A stretch of 64,000 bases of DNA from an uncultured Omnitrophica bacterium (GCA_947085655.1 CAMTXH010000013.1:23513-87512); one strand, 5' to 3'. Counted from the first letter of the stretch, positions 17,859-28,272 are shown. The notes: a model not told the origin generated them from the letters alone. Program-made: numbers and translations.

Positions 17859-17965
17859 TCGGAGGGATAGCGCTCTCAACCCTCCTCACGCTTTTCGTCG
17901 TCCCCTGCGCCTACAGTCTCCTTGCAAAATTCGAGCATAAACACTATACTCCGGTTAAAAGCTGA
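17843..17965 (+). pseudogene. 3' remnant of an RND efflux permease gene (last TM helix, MAIAVIGGIALSTLLTLFVVPCAYSLLAKFEHKH...)
   Basis: Near-exact match to the conserved C-terminal TM12 of AcrB/CzcA-type RND pumps (IGGM..STLLTLFVVP..Y). It directly abuts the OMF remnant in another frame. Confidence 0.45.
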
Positions 17966-18044
17966 AGGAGATTAAAGGAAAAAAAGTGGGCAAAAAAGAA
18001 GTGTGTTGTTTTAGAGGGAGAGAGCGCCGGTGAGAAACGTCAGG

Positions 18045-18272
18045 TTAGGTCTTGCCCGCTTTAACAAGTTTTTCTGCCTGGAGCCAGTCCTCGAGATCGT
18101 AGCCGTCGATACGGCCTCTTTTCTCGTACAGTTCGTACGCCTTTTTCTGGATCTCTTCCTGAGAGACCTTTCGGAAGGCGGGTTTTTGAGGGGTGGAGAT
18201 CATCTCGAAGAACCCTTTCGTGGACGGACCCTGTCGGGTGTTTTTTGACCGTTTGTTCATACGGGTCAACAT
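18045..18272 (-). CDS. DUF2934-family small protein
   Basis: KKAYELYEKRGRIDGYDLEDWLQAEK is the DUF2934 signature as I recall it. Confidence 0.55.
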   Translation of the reverse strand: MLTRMNKRSKNTRQGPSTKGFFEMISTPQKPAFRKVSQEEIQKKAYELYEKRGRIDGYDLEDWLQAEKLVKAGKT

Positions 18273-18381
18273 CGTATCTCCTTTATTTCAAACCGGATAC
18301 CTAAAGGGGGCTTTCACTTCGAAAGGCAAACCCTTTTCGGCCTATCCGGAAATAGTTTATCCGAAAAAAGGGAAATGTCAA

Positions 18382-19260
18382 GTGATATTCCGAAGGTTTC
18401 TTTTTCTTTCAGGGGCGTTACTGGTGTGGGCAGGCACCGTCTCGGCAGAGCCGGTCGGAATCGCCTCGGCCACAAGCGAAGCAGGTGGACATGAAGCCCG
18501 AAACGGATATGACGGCTCCCTCGCCACAAGCTGGAAAGCCGAAACCGGAAGCGGCCCTGTTTCTCTTTTGTATCTTTTTCCTGAATCCCGGCCGCTTCAA
18601 AGTATCCGGACCGCTTTCCCGGTCGGGAGGGCCTACCTTTACCGGATTGATGTGACCCAAGAGGATCCCCGAGAAAAGGGGGAGGCAACCTCCTGGCTTC
18701 CGGCGGTTCCTGAAAAAATCGGGGAAGGGGTGGTAACCGATTCATTCGGGCCGATCCAGGTTAAGGCGGTGAAGACGACCCTCCGGAATCTTTTGAAAAA
18801 CAGCGGATTCGAGGAAGGGAAGGAGCTGTCCGTGTGGCATCTCGCCGACGGAAAAATCATTACGGAACTGACCAAAGTCCACACCGGAAGGCGTGCCGTC
18901 GGAGCCGAAAGCGGTTATGTCGTCATGGTCTATCCCCTCGAGCTGGAATTCGAAGAGCGGAAAACGTTCACCTTTTCATTTTACGGCATGTCGCCCGACA
19001 AGGGAACCGGGTATCTTGTCCTTTTTGCCGAAAAACAGGATGGGACACCGGTGACGCTGGAGAAATCACTCGGCATGTTCCGCCCGGAGTACACTTTTCA
19101 CCGGGCCAGTTTCTTCCTCGACCCTGAAATCGTCTATCTGAAACGGGCCAATTTCTACCGCTTTGCTCCCCAGGGTTCGGTTTACTACGACGATATCTTT
19201 TTGACGGAGGGATGGACACCGACCGATATCCCCGAGATCCGGGAACAGCATTTCGAATAA
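18382..19260 (+). CDS. Secreted protein with a discoidin/F5-8 type C-like and a CBM4/9-like carbohydrate-binding domain
   Basis: The ORF-track start (18193) overlaps the minus-strand gene. GTG at 18382 (RBS AAGGGA) gives the signal peptide MIFRRFLFLSGALLVWAGTVSA. Domain hints: GYDGSLATSWKAETGSGPVSL (discoidin-like) and LLKNSGFEEG...WHL (CBM4_9-like). Confidence 0.55.
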   Translation: MIFRRFLFLSGALLVWAGTVSAEPVGIASATSEAGGHEARNGYDGSLATSWKAETGSGPVSLLYLFPESRPLQSIRTAFPVGRAYLYRIDVTQEDPREKGEATSWLPAVPEKIGEGVVTDSFGPIQVKAVKTTLRNLLKNSGFEEGKELSVWHLADGKIITELTKVHTGRRAVGAESGYVVMVYPLELEFEERKTFTFSFYGMSPDKGTGYLVLFAEKQDGTPVTLEKSLGMFRPEYTFHRASFFLDPEIVYLKRANFYRFAPQGSVYYDDIFLTEGWTPTDIPEIREQHFE

Positions 19261-19265
19261 AAAAC

Positions 19266-19294
19266 TTGTTATGAGTTCCCATCTGTGTTATACT
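19266..19294 (+). promoter_or_regulatory. Candidate sigma70 promoter TTGTTA-17 nt-TATACT upstream of the DUF47-pit operon
   Basis: Hexamers with a 17-nt spacer, about 60 nt upstream of the ATG at 19352. Confidence 0.4.
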
Positions 19295-19351
19295 GTCTCC
19301 GGTTTGTGTCGGATTACCCCACGTTTTAGATAGAACCGCGGTGAAGGACAG

Positions 19352-19975
19352 ATGGCATTCACACTGATTCCGAAAGAAGAAGCATTTCTTGACCTGTTTG
19401 AGAAGGCGTCCAATACGCTCCTGACCGCGGCGCATCTTTTTGTCGAAACGATGAAGGCCTTCGATAAAGTGACGGAGAACGCACAGCGGATGGAGCGGCT
19501 GGAGCACGATGGCGATCAGCTCGTCCATGACATCATGGCCCGCCTCAACCGCACCTTCATCACTTCGCTGGACCGGGAAGACATTCATCGGCTTGCCTCC
19601 GCCCTCGATGATGTGCTCGACTACATTGAGGCGACGACGGAACGGTTTGTTCTTTTCAAGGTCAAGGCAGTGACTCCTGCCGCCGTAGAAATGGCAGAGA
19701 TCGTTGCGAAACAGGTAGAGGAGATTCATTCGGTCATTCCGCGCCTTCGGGACATGCGCCACCAGGATATCCTGAAGCACTGCATCGAAATCAACCGCCT
19801 CGAGAATGCAGGAGACCGTGCCCTGCGGAAGGCGGTCACGGAGTTGTTCGACACCCAAACCGACCCCCTTTATGTCATCAAATGGCGGGAACTCTATGAA
19901 CTGATGGAGATGGCGACCGATGCCTGCGAGGATGTGGCGGTCGTCATTGAGGGGATCGTCCTCAAGAATGCTTAA
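19352..19975 (+). CDS. DUF47 (PhoU-like, TIGR00153) phosphate-transport regulator homolog
   Basis: Helical protein with DUF47 motifs; immediately followed (1 nt) by a PiT transporter gene, the canonical pairing. Confidence 0.8.
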   Translation: MAFTLIPKEEAFLDLFEKASNTLLTAAHLFVETMKAFDKVTENAQRMERLEHDGDQLVHDIMARLNRTFITSLDREDIHRLASALDDVLDYIEATTERFVLFKVKAVTPAAVEMAEIVAKQVEEIHSVIPRLRDMRHQDILKHCIEINRLENAGDRALRKAVTELFDTQTDPLYVIKWRELYELMEMATDACEDVAVVIEGIVLKNA

Positions 19976-20968
19976 TTGGAAATTTCCACCGCAACGCTGA
20001 TCGTCCTCATGCTGGTGCTGGCCGCGGAATTCGTCAACGGCTGGACCGATGCCCCGAACGCCATCGCGACCGTCGTTTCGACCCGTGTTCTTTCCCCCGG
20101 CAAGGCCGTCCTTCTTGCAACGATCCTGAACGCTGTCGGTACGCTTTCGGGGACAGCCGTTGCCGCAACCATCGGAAAGGGCATCATACAGTCTGACTTT
20201 ATCACCGTCCACACCGTCGGTGCGGCGATGGTGGGCATTGTCTTCTGGAGCACCCTGGCGTGGTATTACGGCTTGCCGACAAGTGAATCCCATGCGCTTA
20301 TCGCGGGCCTCACCGGAGCGGGGTTGGCCACTGCGGGACCGACTGTTCTGATCTGGTCGGGCTGGAAAAAGGTCTTGATCGGTCTTCTCTTTTCAACCTT
20401 TCTCGGGTTTGGCGGCGGACTTTTGCTCATGGGACTCATCTATAACCTCTTTGCCAGGCAGACCCCTTCCTTCATCAAACGCCTCTTCGGCAAACTTCAA
20501 ATTCTCTCCGCCGCCTTTATGGCATTCAGCCACGGTTCAAACGATGGGCAGAAATTCGTCGGCGCCTTCTGCCTGGTGTTGCTCCTCGGGGGTATCCTTC
20601 CCGCATTTCAGGTGCCGCTCTGGGTCATTCTCCTCTGTGCCACGGTGATGGGTTGCGGGACAGCGATCGGGGGATGGCGGATCGTCAGAACCATGGGACT
20701 CCGCCTCACCAAGTTGGAGCCGGTTCACGGGTTTGCGGCGGAAACCAGTGCTGCGCTTACCATTGAACTTGCGTCACGTCTCGGAATCCCTTTGAGCACC
20801 ACTCACACCATTAACACCGCCATCATGGGGGTGGGTGCCACCCGCCGCCTCTCCTCTGTCCGCTGGGGCGTCAGCCGGAACATCATCATCGCCTGGATCT
20901 TGACCTTTCCGGTCTGCGGTTTGATTGCGTTCTCTGTGACTAAACTCATTCTTTTGCTCCTTCCGTAA
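19976..20968 (+). CDS. pit: Inorganic phosphate transporter, PiT (PHO4) family
   Basis: [21 protein letters not shown], and the duplicated PHO4 motif [10 protein letters not shown]; TTG start. Confidence 0.85.
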   Translation: MEISTATLIVLMLVLAAEFVNGWTDAPNAIATVVSTRVLSPGKAVLLATILNAVGTLSGTAVAATIGKGIIQSDFITVHTVGAAMVGIVFWSTLAWYYGLPTSESHALIAGLTGAGLATAGPTVLIWSGWKKVLIGLLFSTFLGFGGGLLLMGLIYNLFARQTPSFIKRLFGKLQILSAAFMAFSHGSNDGQKFVGAFCLVLLLGGILPAFQVPLWVILLCATVMGCGTAIGGWRIVRTMGLRLTKLEPVHGFAAETSAALTIELASRLGIPLSTTHTINTAIMGVGATRRLSSVRWGVSRNIIIAWILTFPVCGLIAFSVTKLILLLLP

Positions 20969-20999
20969 CTTTTCTGACGACCTCTTCCGTTGTGCTATA

Positions 21000-23018
21000 A
21001 TGATAGGCCTGAAACGGCCCGACAAGGAAAGACAGATAACAGCGAAGCCAACCTCCTCCATCGAAGTCCTTCTTCGGGAAGGACGCAGCTTTCCACCCCC
21101 AAAGGCGTTTCGTGAAAGCGCCTATGTTCAAGACGAGTCTGTCTACGAGAAGGCCGCCAGGAATCCGGAGTCTTTCTGGGCAGAGTGGGCCCATGCGCTC
21201 GACTGGATCAAGCCCTGGAACAAGGTCCTGGAGTGGAATCCCCCGCATGCCAAGTGGTTTATCGGGGGAAAAATTAACGCCTGCGTGAACTGCGTTGACC
21301 GGCATGTTTTTCCTAGGGAGGGAAAACCCTCCCGACGGAATAAGGCGGCCATTGTCTGGGAGGGGGAGCCGGGGGATGCCCGGACATTGACCTACTGGGA
21401 CCTTTACCGGGAGGTGAACCGGTTTGCCAATGTTCTCAAGAAACTCGGCATCCGAAAAGGGGACCGGGTGGCGCTTTATCTTCCGATGGTGCCGGAGTTG
21501 GTGGTTGCCTGCCTTGCCTGCGCCCGGATCGGGGCGGTCCACAATGTGGTCTTCGGGGGATTCAGTGCGGAGGCCCTCCGCGACCGGATCAACGATGCCG
21601 GCGCCAAACTTTTAATCACCGCCGACTTTGGCTGGCGGAGGGGAAAACAGATTCTTCTCAAGAATGCGGCGGATGAAGCAATCACCGGGTGCCCCTCGAT
21701 TCAGAATGTTGTTGTGGTGAAACGGCAAGAGGCGGCATCGGCCCAATGCCATATCCGGGAGGGGCGGGATCATTGGTGGCACCGCCTGATGCAGGATGCC
21801 GAACCTTATTGCGAACCGGCAGTCACTGACGCGGAGGATATGTTGTATGTCCTCTACACCTCCGGAACGACCGGGAAACCGAAGGGGATTGTTCATACCA
21901 CCGGCGGGTACCTGACCGGCGTGTATGCCACCATGAAGTGGGTCTTTGATTTAAAAGAGGAAGATCTTTTCTGGTGCACCGCCGATATCGGATGGGTGAC
22001 CGGCCATAGTTACATCGTTTACGGTCCGCTCGCCAACGGGGCGACGGTTCTCATCTATGAAGGGGCACCGGACTGGCCGGAGAAAGACCGTTTCTGGAAG
22101 CTCATCGAAAAATACGGCGTCACGATTTTCTATACCGCCCCGACCGCGATCCGTGCCTTTATGAAATGGGGAACCGAATGGCCGAAGAAGGCAAATCTTT
22201 CTACACTCCGTCTTCTGGGGACCGTGGGAGAACCGATTAATCCGGAGGCCTGGATCTGGTACCACGAAAATATCGGAAGAAAAAAATGTCCCATTGTGGA
22301 TACCTGGTGGCAGACGGAAACGGGCATGATCCTCATCACTCCTCTCCCGGGCCTTACCACCACCAAGCCCGGCTCTGCCACAAGGCCCTTCCCCGGAGTT
22401 TTCGCGGAGGTTCTGACGGAAAAAGGGGAACGGGTCAAGGTGGGAGGGGGATATGTGGCGATCGCCAAACCCTGGCCTTCGATGCTCCGGACCATTCTGA
22501 ACGACGACGAACGGTATGTGCAGCAGTACTGGACCAAATGGGAAAACGGTTTTTATTTTCCCGGAGACGGGGCCAAGCGGGACGAGGACGGCTACTTTTG
22601 GTTTTTGGGGCGGGTGGATGACGTTATGAATGTGGCGGGACACCGGATCGGGACGATGGAGGTGGAGAGTGCTTTAGTGGACCATCCATCGGTTGCGGAG
22701 GCGGCGGTGGTCGGGAAAGTTCATGATATCAAGGGTCAGGCGATCATTGCCTTTGTCACGCTGAAAGAGAGCGTCAAAAGCTCTCCGGCGATAGTTGAGG
22801 AGTTGAAGGGGCATGTGGTAAAGAAAATCGGTGCCTTGGCCAGACCCGAAGATATTCTTTTTTCGGCCGATCTTCCCAAGACCCGTTCCGGGAAAATCAT
22901 GCGGCGTCTTTTGCGGGACATCGCCGAAGGGAAAGCCCTCGGAGACACCACAACACTTGCCGACCCGGCCGTTTTGGAGCGGCTGCGTCAGCAGTATGAA
23001 GAAGTGGAAGGGGTATAG
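21000..23018 (+). CDS. acs: Acetyl-CoA synthetase (acetate--CoA ligase, AMP-forming)
   Basis: Full-length ANL-superfamily collinearity with Acs: [41 protein letters not shown] and the Lys of the A10 motif. The annotated ATG lies inside a TATAAT-like element, so the true start or transcription start is uncertain. Confidence 0.9.
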   Translation: MIGLKRPDKERQITAKPTSSIEVLLREGRSFPPPKAFRESAYVQDESVYEKAARNPESFWAEWAHALDWIKPWNKVLEWNPPHAKWFIGGKINACVNCVDRHVFPREGKPSRRNKAAIVWEGEPGDARTLTYWDLYREVNRFANVLKKLGIRKGDRVALYLPMVPELVVACLACARIGAVHNVVFGGFSAEALRDRINDAGAKLLITADFGWRRGKQILLKNAADEAITGCPSIQNVVVVKRQEAASAQCHIREGRDHWWHRLMQDAEPYCEPAVTDAEDMLYVLYTSGTTGKPKGIVHTTGGYLTGVYATMKWVFDLKEEDLFWCTADIGWVTGHSYIVYGPLANGATVLIYEGAPDWPEKDRFWKLIEKYGVTIFYTAPTAIRAFMKWGTEWPKKANLSTLRLLGTVGEPINPEAWIWYHENIGRKKCPIVDTWWQTETGMILITPLPGLTTTKPGSATRPFPGVFAEVLTEKGERVKVGGGYVAIAKPWPSMLRTILNDDERYVQQYWTKWENGFYFPGDGAKRDEDGYFWFLGRVDDVMNVAGHRIGTMEVESALVDHPSVAEAAVVGKVHDIKGQAIIAFVTLKESVKSSPAIVEELKGHVVKKIGALARPEDILFSADLPKTRSGKIMRRLLRDIAEGKALGDTTTLADPAVLERLRQQYEEVEGV

Positions 23019-23020
23019 AC

Positions 23021-23851
23021 ATGAAAAAGCTCATTTCAGTTATTTTGATCGTCTTTGTTGTATTCATCGGCCTTTCCATTGCAAAAAATGCGATCGCCAA
23101 GACGGCCATCTCAAGCAGTGTGAACCTCATGACCGGCATGCGGCTCAATATCCGGACCATGAATGTCGGCGTCTTGAGGACATTGGTGGCGATCAAGGAC
23201 CTCACGGTTTTTAATCCCGCCGGCTTTCCCGATAAGATCATGGTTGACCTCCCGGAAGTGTATGTGAATTACAAACTCGGGGCATTCTTGAAGGGAAAAG
23301 TGCACCTCGAGGAAGTCCGGCTTCACCTGAGGGAATTGACCATCGTCAGGAACGAAAAAGGAGAATTGAACGTGGATGCGCTGAAGCGGTCCCAGGAAGA
23401 AGGGGAAAGGAATGCCGCCTCTTCCGGAAAAAAGGGAACCGTCCCCTCGGTCCAAATCGACCTTTTGGACCTTAAAGTGGGGAAAGTCATCTATAAGGAT
23501 TATACGGGAAAGGGAACTCCGAGAGTCATGGAATTCAACGTGAATCTCCACGAGCGCCATCGGAACATCACCAATCCTTATCTTTTGGCAGGACTGATTG
23601 TCACCCGTGCGACGTACAATACCGCCATTGCCCAGTTGGCTTCCTTCGACCTTGAGAAACTTCAGGCCTTAAGCGGACAGATGACCGGAATGGTCAAAGG
23701 TTACAGTGACCAAGTAACCCAAGTTGCGAGTCAGACCACCCTCATCGGGAAGGAAACGGTCGGCACCGCGAAAGAAGCAGCCGGCAAGGCAAAAGAAGCG
23801 GCTTCAGAGACCGTGGACGCCCTCAAAAAAATCATTCCCTTCGGAGAATAA
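23021..23851 (+). CDS. Hypothetical membrane-anchored protein (N-terminal TM; AsmA/DUF748-like is only a guess)
   Basis: N-terminal TM helix MKKLISVILIVFVVFIGLSIA. Good codon structure and coupling to acs (2-nt gap). No motif I can assign firmly. Confidence 0.5.
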   Translation: MKKLISVILIVFVVFIGLSIAKNAIAKTAISSSVNLMTGMRLNIRTMNVGVLRTLVAIKDLTVFNPAGFPDKIMVDLPEVYVNYKLGAFLKGKVHLEEVRLHLRELTIVRNEKGELNVDALKRSQEEGERNAASSGKKGTVPSVQIDLLDLKVGKVIYKDYTGKGTPRVMEFNVNLHERHRNITNPYLLAGLIVTRATYNTAIAQLASFDLEKLQALSGQMTGMVKGYSDQVTQVASQTTLIGKETVGTAKEAAGKAKEAASETVDALKKIIPFGE

Positions 23852-23864
23852 CGAAAATCTTTCC

Positions 23865-24809
23865 ATGAAAGTTGTGCTGGCCGGCGGGACCGGATTCATC
23901 GGAAAAGCCCTTCTCCATCGCCTCATCGAAGAGGGGCATCGGGTTGTCCTTCTCACCCGGAGCCCCTCGGCGCACAAAGAGCTGGCTACCGACAAGGTAC
24001 AGCTTGCCAAGTGGGATGCGAAATCAGTCGGCGCCTGGGCCGATTTCGCGGAAGGGGCGGAGGCGGTTTTGAATTTGGCGGGGGAGCCGCTCGTCGGGAA
24101 ACGGTGGACCAAAAAACAAAAGGCAAGACTTCTCGAAAGCCGCCTCTCTGCAACGCGGGCCATCACCTCCGCCATTGCTCAGGCAGGAAAACGTCCTTCC
24201 GTTTTCATCAATGCCTCCGCGGTCGGATTCTACGGGGATGTCCCGCAGGGAGAGGTGACCGAATCTCATCCCAAAGGCCGAGGATTCTTGGGTGACGTTT
24301 GTGAGAGGTGGGAAGTGGAGGCGCGCCGGGCGGAAGAAAGAGGGGTCCGGGTAGTCTGTCTTCGCATCGGCATTGTCCTTGAGAAAGAAGGAGGCGCCCT
24401 TTCCCGGATGATCCCCCCTTTTCAATATTTCATCGGCGGGCCGCTCGGGAGCGGCCGTCAGTGGGTGCCCTGGATCCATCGGGAGGATTTGCTAAGCATC
24501 ATTCTTTTTTTAATGGCGCGTCCCGATATCAATGGGGCGGTGAACGGGACCGCCCCGAATCCGGCCACCATGAAGGAATTTTGCAAAGCGGTCGGAAGCG
24601 CCCTGCATCGTCCTTCCTGGGCCCCGGTTCCGGCGTTTGCCCTTCGGGTTCTTCTCGGTGAAATGGCGGAGGTTCTTTTAACCGGTGCCCGTGTTGTTCC
24701 GCAAAAGCTCGAAGAAGCCGGTTTCCCTTTTCGTTATCCCGCCTTAGACGGCGCATTAACCGCCATTTTATCCTCCCCGAACCCAGGGACATCTAAGGGG
24801 ACATGCTAA
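23865..24809 (+). CDS. NAD-dependent epimerase/dehydratase family protein with C-terminal DUF1731 (YfcH/TIGR01777-like)
   Basis: MKVVLAGGTGFIGKALLHRL Rossmann motif; C-terminal conserved region; the ORF-track start at 23724 overlaps the upstream gene. Confidence 0.8.
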   Translation: MKVVLAGGTGFIGKALLHRLIEEGHRVVLLTRSPSAHKELATDKVQLAKWDAKSVGAWADFAEGAEAVLNLAGEPLVGKRWTKKQKARLLESRLSATRAITSAIAQAGKRPSVFINASAVGFYGDVPQGEVTESHPKGRGFLGDVCERWEVEARRAEERGVRVVCLRIGIVLEKEGGALSRMIPPFQYFIGGPLGSGRQWVPWIHREDLLSIILFLMARPDINGAVNGTAPNPATMKEFCKAVGSALHRPSWAPVPAFALRVLLGEMAEVLLTGARVVPQKLEEAGFPFRYPALDGALTAILSSPNPGTSKGTC

Positions 24810-24907
24810 GTGCCAGTCTATAGCGTGTCCCGGTCGGTTAGACGAGACAATATTTAGAAATTGACCTTGTATTCCCCCTCAAGATGGGGTATACTTATAT
24901 ATAGAAA

Positions 24908-26134
24908 ATGCGAATCCGAACGAAGAATTGGGGTTTTTTGGGATCTGTCTTCCTCGTCTGTCTCCTTTGGAACGGGTCTGCCTGGGGGGCTTATCCCTAT
25001 TCGGACGACGAGCTTCGGACAAAAAGGACGGAGGCGCTTACCTGGGTCGATGCGCGGCGGAACGGGGGAGACTGGGTTGCGGCCACCGAGACGGCCGATT
25101 TCGGATACACCTATGACAATGCCCTTATGGTCATTGCCTATGTCATGGGCGGGGATGCCGGGAGTGCCGTGCCGATTCTTGATTTTCTGGCAGCCCATCA
25201 GCTTCCGGACGGCTCCTGGTATGATGCCGTGCGTCAAGCCACCGGCGCCGGCATTGTATTGGCGAGGAGCAGCGGCAACCAAGCCTGGGCCATTTATGCC
25301 ATCTGCGTGTATACCGATCAAACGGGCGATTTCACCTATCTTCCGGTGGCCCACAAGGCCGCCTCCTGGCTCATCGCCCGTCAGGATTTGAGCGACGGGG
25401 GAGTCACTGGCGGATTGAATTCAGATGGAACGGTACGGCCCTGGACAAGCACCGAACATAATATCGACGCCTATTTCGCCTTAAAACTCCTTTATCGTCT
25501 CAGTCGGCGTTCCGAGCACTGGTATGCAATGAACCGGTGCAAATCGTGGCTTCTGAATGTTGCCTGGAACGCCGCAGAGGGACGCTTTAACCGTGGCGAA
25601 AATGACACTCTCCAAGCCTTGGATGCCAACACACTCGGCTCGCTCTTTTTGCACGATATCGGCGAATATGCAAAAGAAGCAAGTGCCATCGCCCACCTGG
25701 ACACCTATTGGCTTTTGACAGAGCGCTTCCGGCGGGGAAAACGGGTCCGCTATGAAGGATTTAAAGACCATGTCCTCGATGAGGAAGGAAACCCCGGCCG
25801 TCATTGGCAGGAGGGGACGGAACAGGCCGCTGTGTCTTATCTCCGGCGGGGACAGGGTCCCGCCCGTTATTACATCCAGGAAGTGGTCAAAAGCGACGAT
25901 CCCAATTTTTTGATCGGTCATTCGGACGATGACAATGACGGAGACAGAGGCCTTCTCTATTACATGACAGGGGATGAGGCAACAGGCCTCGTCGAAAAAC
26001 CGGCTCCGGGCATCTGGATGATTTTTGCCATCAACGAATATCTGGGCGACCGTGAAAAGATTTTTTACCCTGTCACGGTGACCCCTCCGCCTAGCGGTGG
26101 CGAGGGAAAACTCCCCTTTAAACTCACCCCCTGA
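24908..26134 (+). CDS. Secreted hypothetical protein (possible alpha/alpha-toroid, prenyltransferase/terpene-cyclase-like repeats)
   Basis: Signal peptide; LPDGSWYD- and 'GGW'-like repeat motifs. The function call is weak. Confidence 0.45.
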   Translation: MRIRTKNWGFLGSVFLVCLLWNGSAWGAYPYSDDELRTKRTEALTWVDARRNGGDWVAATETADFGYTYDNALMVIAYVMGGDAGSAVPILDFLAAHQLPDGSWYDAVRQATGAGIVLARSSGNQAWAIYAICVYTDQTGDFTYLPVAHKAASWLIARQDLSDGGVTGGLNSDGTVRPWTSTEHNIDAYFALKLLYRLSRRSEHWYAMNRCKSWLLNVAWNAAEGRFNRGENDTLQALDANTLGSLFLHDIGEYAKEASAIAHLDTYWLLTERFRRGKRVRYEGFKDHVLDEEGNPGRHWQEGTEQAAVSYLRRGQGPARYYIQEVVKSDDPNFLIGHSDDDNDGDRGLLYYMTGDEATGLVEKPAPGIWMIFAINEYLGDREKIFYPVTVTPPPSGGEGKLPFKLTP

Positions 26135-26200
26135 CTTTCCATTGACCCTTTTCCATTTGCTGCTAAAATAAGAGGAAACCCGCATCCAAAAAAGGGAAAG

Positions 26201-26524
26201 ATGCCTATGTCGGATGAATTAACCGTACAGCACAAGCCGGCAGAAAACCGCTTCTCGGTCTTTTTGGAAGGGTATGAGGCCTGTCTGATGTACCGCCTCA
26301 AAGGGAAGGAGATCGACCTTTACCATACGTATGTCCCGGGAGTCTTCCGCGGACGGGGACTCGCAGAGCGGCTCTGTAAAGCCGCATTTGAACATGCGAA
26401 GCAAGAGGGTCTCACCGTGATTCCTTCCTGCTCTTATATTTCCGACTATTACCTGAAGCGTCACCCCGAGTACAAACCGCTGACAAGGTCCGGCGGAACC
26501 TCCAATCCGATTGTCTCCGGATGA
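26201..26524 (+). CDS. GNAT-family N-acetyltransferase (small YjdJ/Acetyltransf_CG type)
   Basis: HTYVPGVFRGRGLAERLCKAAFEHAKQEGLTVIPSCSY pattern. Confidence 0.65.
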   Translation: MPMSDELTVQHKPAENRFSVFLEGYEACLMYRLKGKEIDLYHTYVPGVFRGRGLAERLCKAAFEHAKQEGLTVIPSCSYISDYYLKRHPEYKPLTRSGGTSNPIVSG

Positions 26525-27333
26525 CGCGGCGCGAACTTGCCGCGCGGATTGCGGAACGCCTCGCGCGCGAGAAACCAGCCCTGACCCAAAAGTGGCAGAG
26601 AGAGAAAAACCCGTTCCGTCATCTGGTGATCGACCGGGTCCTTCCGGATGACGCGGCGCGCGCGATTTATGAGGCGTTCCCGGAGCCGGAGGCGATGGTT
26701 CTGAAAAAGGACCTTCGGGAGAAAAAACGGATTGCGGTCCAGATGGACCGATTCCACCCGCTTCTTTCCGAAACGATCTATGCGTTTCAGGACCCTGGAG
26801 TCATCGACATCCTTTCGGAGATCACCGGGATCAGGCGGCTTTTTCCGGATGAGACGCTGTATGCGGCCGGATTGAGTCTCATGTCCCAAGGGGACTTTTT
26901 GGCGCCCCATATCGACAACTCCCATGACGAGGCAAGGCAACGTTACCGCGTGCTGAATCTTTTGTATTATGTTTCTCCGGAGTGGGAGGGGAATTTCGGA
27001 GGGAATCTGGAGCTTTGGGACGGGCGGGTGACGACTCCCAAAACAGTCGTGCCGGCGTTTAACCGGGTTGTCCTCATCGAGACCCACACCGCTTCATGGC
27101 ATTCGGTGAGTCCGGTCCGGGCGGACCGGAACCGTTGTTGCGTCTCCAACTACTATTTTTCGGACCAAAGCCCCGTCGGGAGGGAGTATTTCCAAGTGAC
27201 CAGTTTCACCGGATGGCCCGGCGAGAGGTGGCGGCGCGCCATTCTGGCCGGCGACCGGATGTTGCGGAACGGTATCCGCTTCATCCTTCCGAAGGGAATC
27301 GTCAAAACAGAGCATGTCTTCAGGAGGCGTTGA
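26521..27333 (+). CDS. 2OG-Fe(II) oxygenase superfamily protein
   Basis: HxD...H facial triad (APHIDNSHD ... THTASWHSV) and a jelly-roll consensus region; 4-nt overlap with the GNAT gene. Confidence 0.7.
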   Translation: MTRRELAARIAERLAREKPALTQKWQREKNPFRHLVIDRVLPDDAARAIYEAFPEPEAMVLKKDLREKKRIAVQMDRFHPLLSETIYAFQDPGVIDILSEITGIRRLFPDETLYAAGLSLMSQGDFLAPHIDNSHDEARQRYRVLNLLYYVSPEWEGNFGGNLELWDGRVTTPKTVVPAFNRVVLIETHTASWHSVSPVRADRNRCCVSNYYFSDQSPVGREYFQVTSFTGWPGERWRRAILAGDRMLRNGIRFILPKGIVKTEHVFRRR

Positions 27334-27358
27334 ATTCTGAAAAGAAAGGAAGAAAGGA

Positions 27359-27898
27359 ATGCTGAAAAAAAGCGTGTTTGTTTTGGGAGCCATTTTTCTT
27401 TTTTTGGGGGTGTCGTCAGGACAAGCGGAGGAGACCGTGAAGATTATCCTTAAAACGACCGAAGGGGAGATCCAGGCGGAGTTATATCCGGAAGAAGCGC
27501 CGAAGACGGTGGAGAATTTTTTGACCCTGAGCCGGAAGGGGTTCTATGAGGGGGTCATCTTTCACCGGGTGATTCCGAATTTCATGATTCAGACCGGAGA
27601 TCCGACCGGCACCGGCAGGGGCGGTCCCGGTTATTCCTTTGAGGATGAATTTTCCCCGAATCTCCGGCATGACAAGCCGGGCGTTCTTTCCATGGCGAAC
27701 AGCGGCCCCAATACGAACGGAAGCCAATTTTTCATTACAGAGGTTCCGACTCCCTGGCTCAACGACCGTCATTCGATTTTCGGCCAGGTCACGGAGGGGA
27801 TGGAGGTGGTGAGTACGATTGCCAATGCCCCCCGCGACGCCGGAGATAAACCCTTGCAGCCCATTAAGATAGAAAAAATCGAGATTGTGGGGGAATAG
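27359..27898 (+). CDS. ppiA: Peptidyl-prolyl cis-trans isomerase, cyclophilin type (secreted)
   Basis: Signal peptide plus FHRVIPNFMIQTGDPTGTGRGGPGY...MANSGPNTNGSQFFIT. Confidence 0.9.
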   Translation: MLKKSVFVLGAIFLFLGVSSGQAEETVKIILKTTEGEIQAELYPEEAPKTVENFLTLSRKGFYEGVIFHRVIPNFMIQTGDPTGTGRGGPGYSFEDEFSPNLRHDKPGVLSMANSGPNTNGSQFFITEVPTPWLNDRHSIFGQVTEGMEVVSTIANAPRDAGDKPLQPIKIEKIEIVGE

Positions 27899-27974
27899 TG
27901 CCGAAAGAGGTTTTGCCGGCGTCAAGTTTTGTGATATAATATAAAGAAAGAAAGGGAAAAAAGGAGTCCAAATC

Positions 27975-28244
27975 ATGAGCGAGGAACTCAAACAGAAAGT
28001 CCAGAAGGTGATTGACGAGTTGATCAATCCGGGAGTGGCGCAGCATGGCGGCCATGTGGCTTTGGTCGACGTCAAAGACAACAAAGTCATCCTCCAATTC
28101 AGCGGCGGGTGCCACGGATGCGCCTCATCCATGATGACCTTGAAAATGGGAATCGAAACGACACTGAAGGAAGAAGTATCACCCGATCTCGAAGTGGTTG
28201 ACGCAACGGACCATTCCACCGGCACCAACCCGTATTTCACATAA
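27975..28244 (+). CDS. NifU-like Fe-S cluster scaffold/carrier (Nfu-type)
   Basis: GGHVALVDV...ILQFSGGCHGC CxxC motif. Confidence 0.8.
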   Translation: MSEELKQKVQKVIDELINPGVAQHGGHVALVDVKDNKVILQFSGGCHGCASSMMTLKMGIETTLKEEVSPDLEVVDATDHSTGTNPYFT

Positions 28245-28272
28245 GTGCTCCTCTTTGTTCGGAAAATCACCC

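Noticed and set aside
18968-20293. 441-aa minus-strand ORF
   Set aside because: Antisense to the DUF47 and PiT genes, both of which have clear family signatures on the + strand.
26516-26660. 18-nt direct repeat TCCGGATGACGCGGCGCG (twice, 125 nt apart)
   Set aside because: Both copies lie inside the 2OG-oxygenase coding frame, encoding similar DDAA/MTRR peptides. This is most likely coincidental codon-level repetition, not a mobile-element or CRISPR feature.
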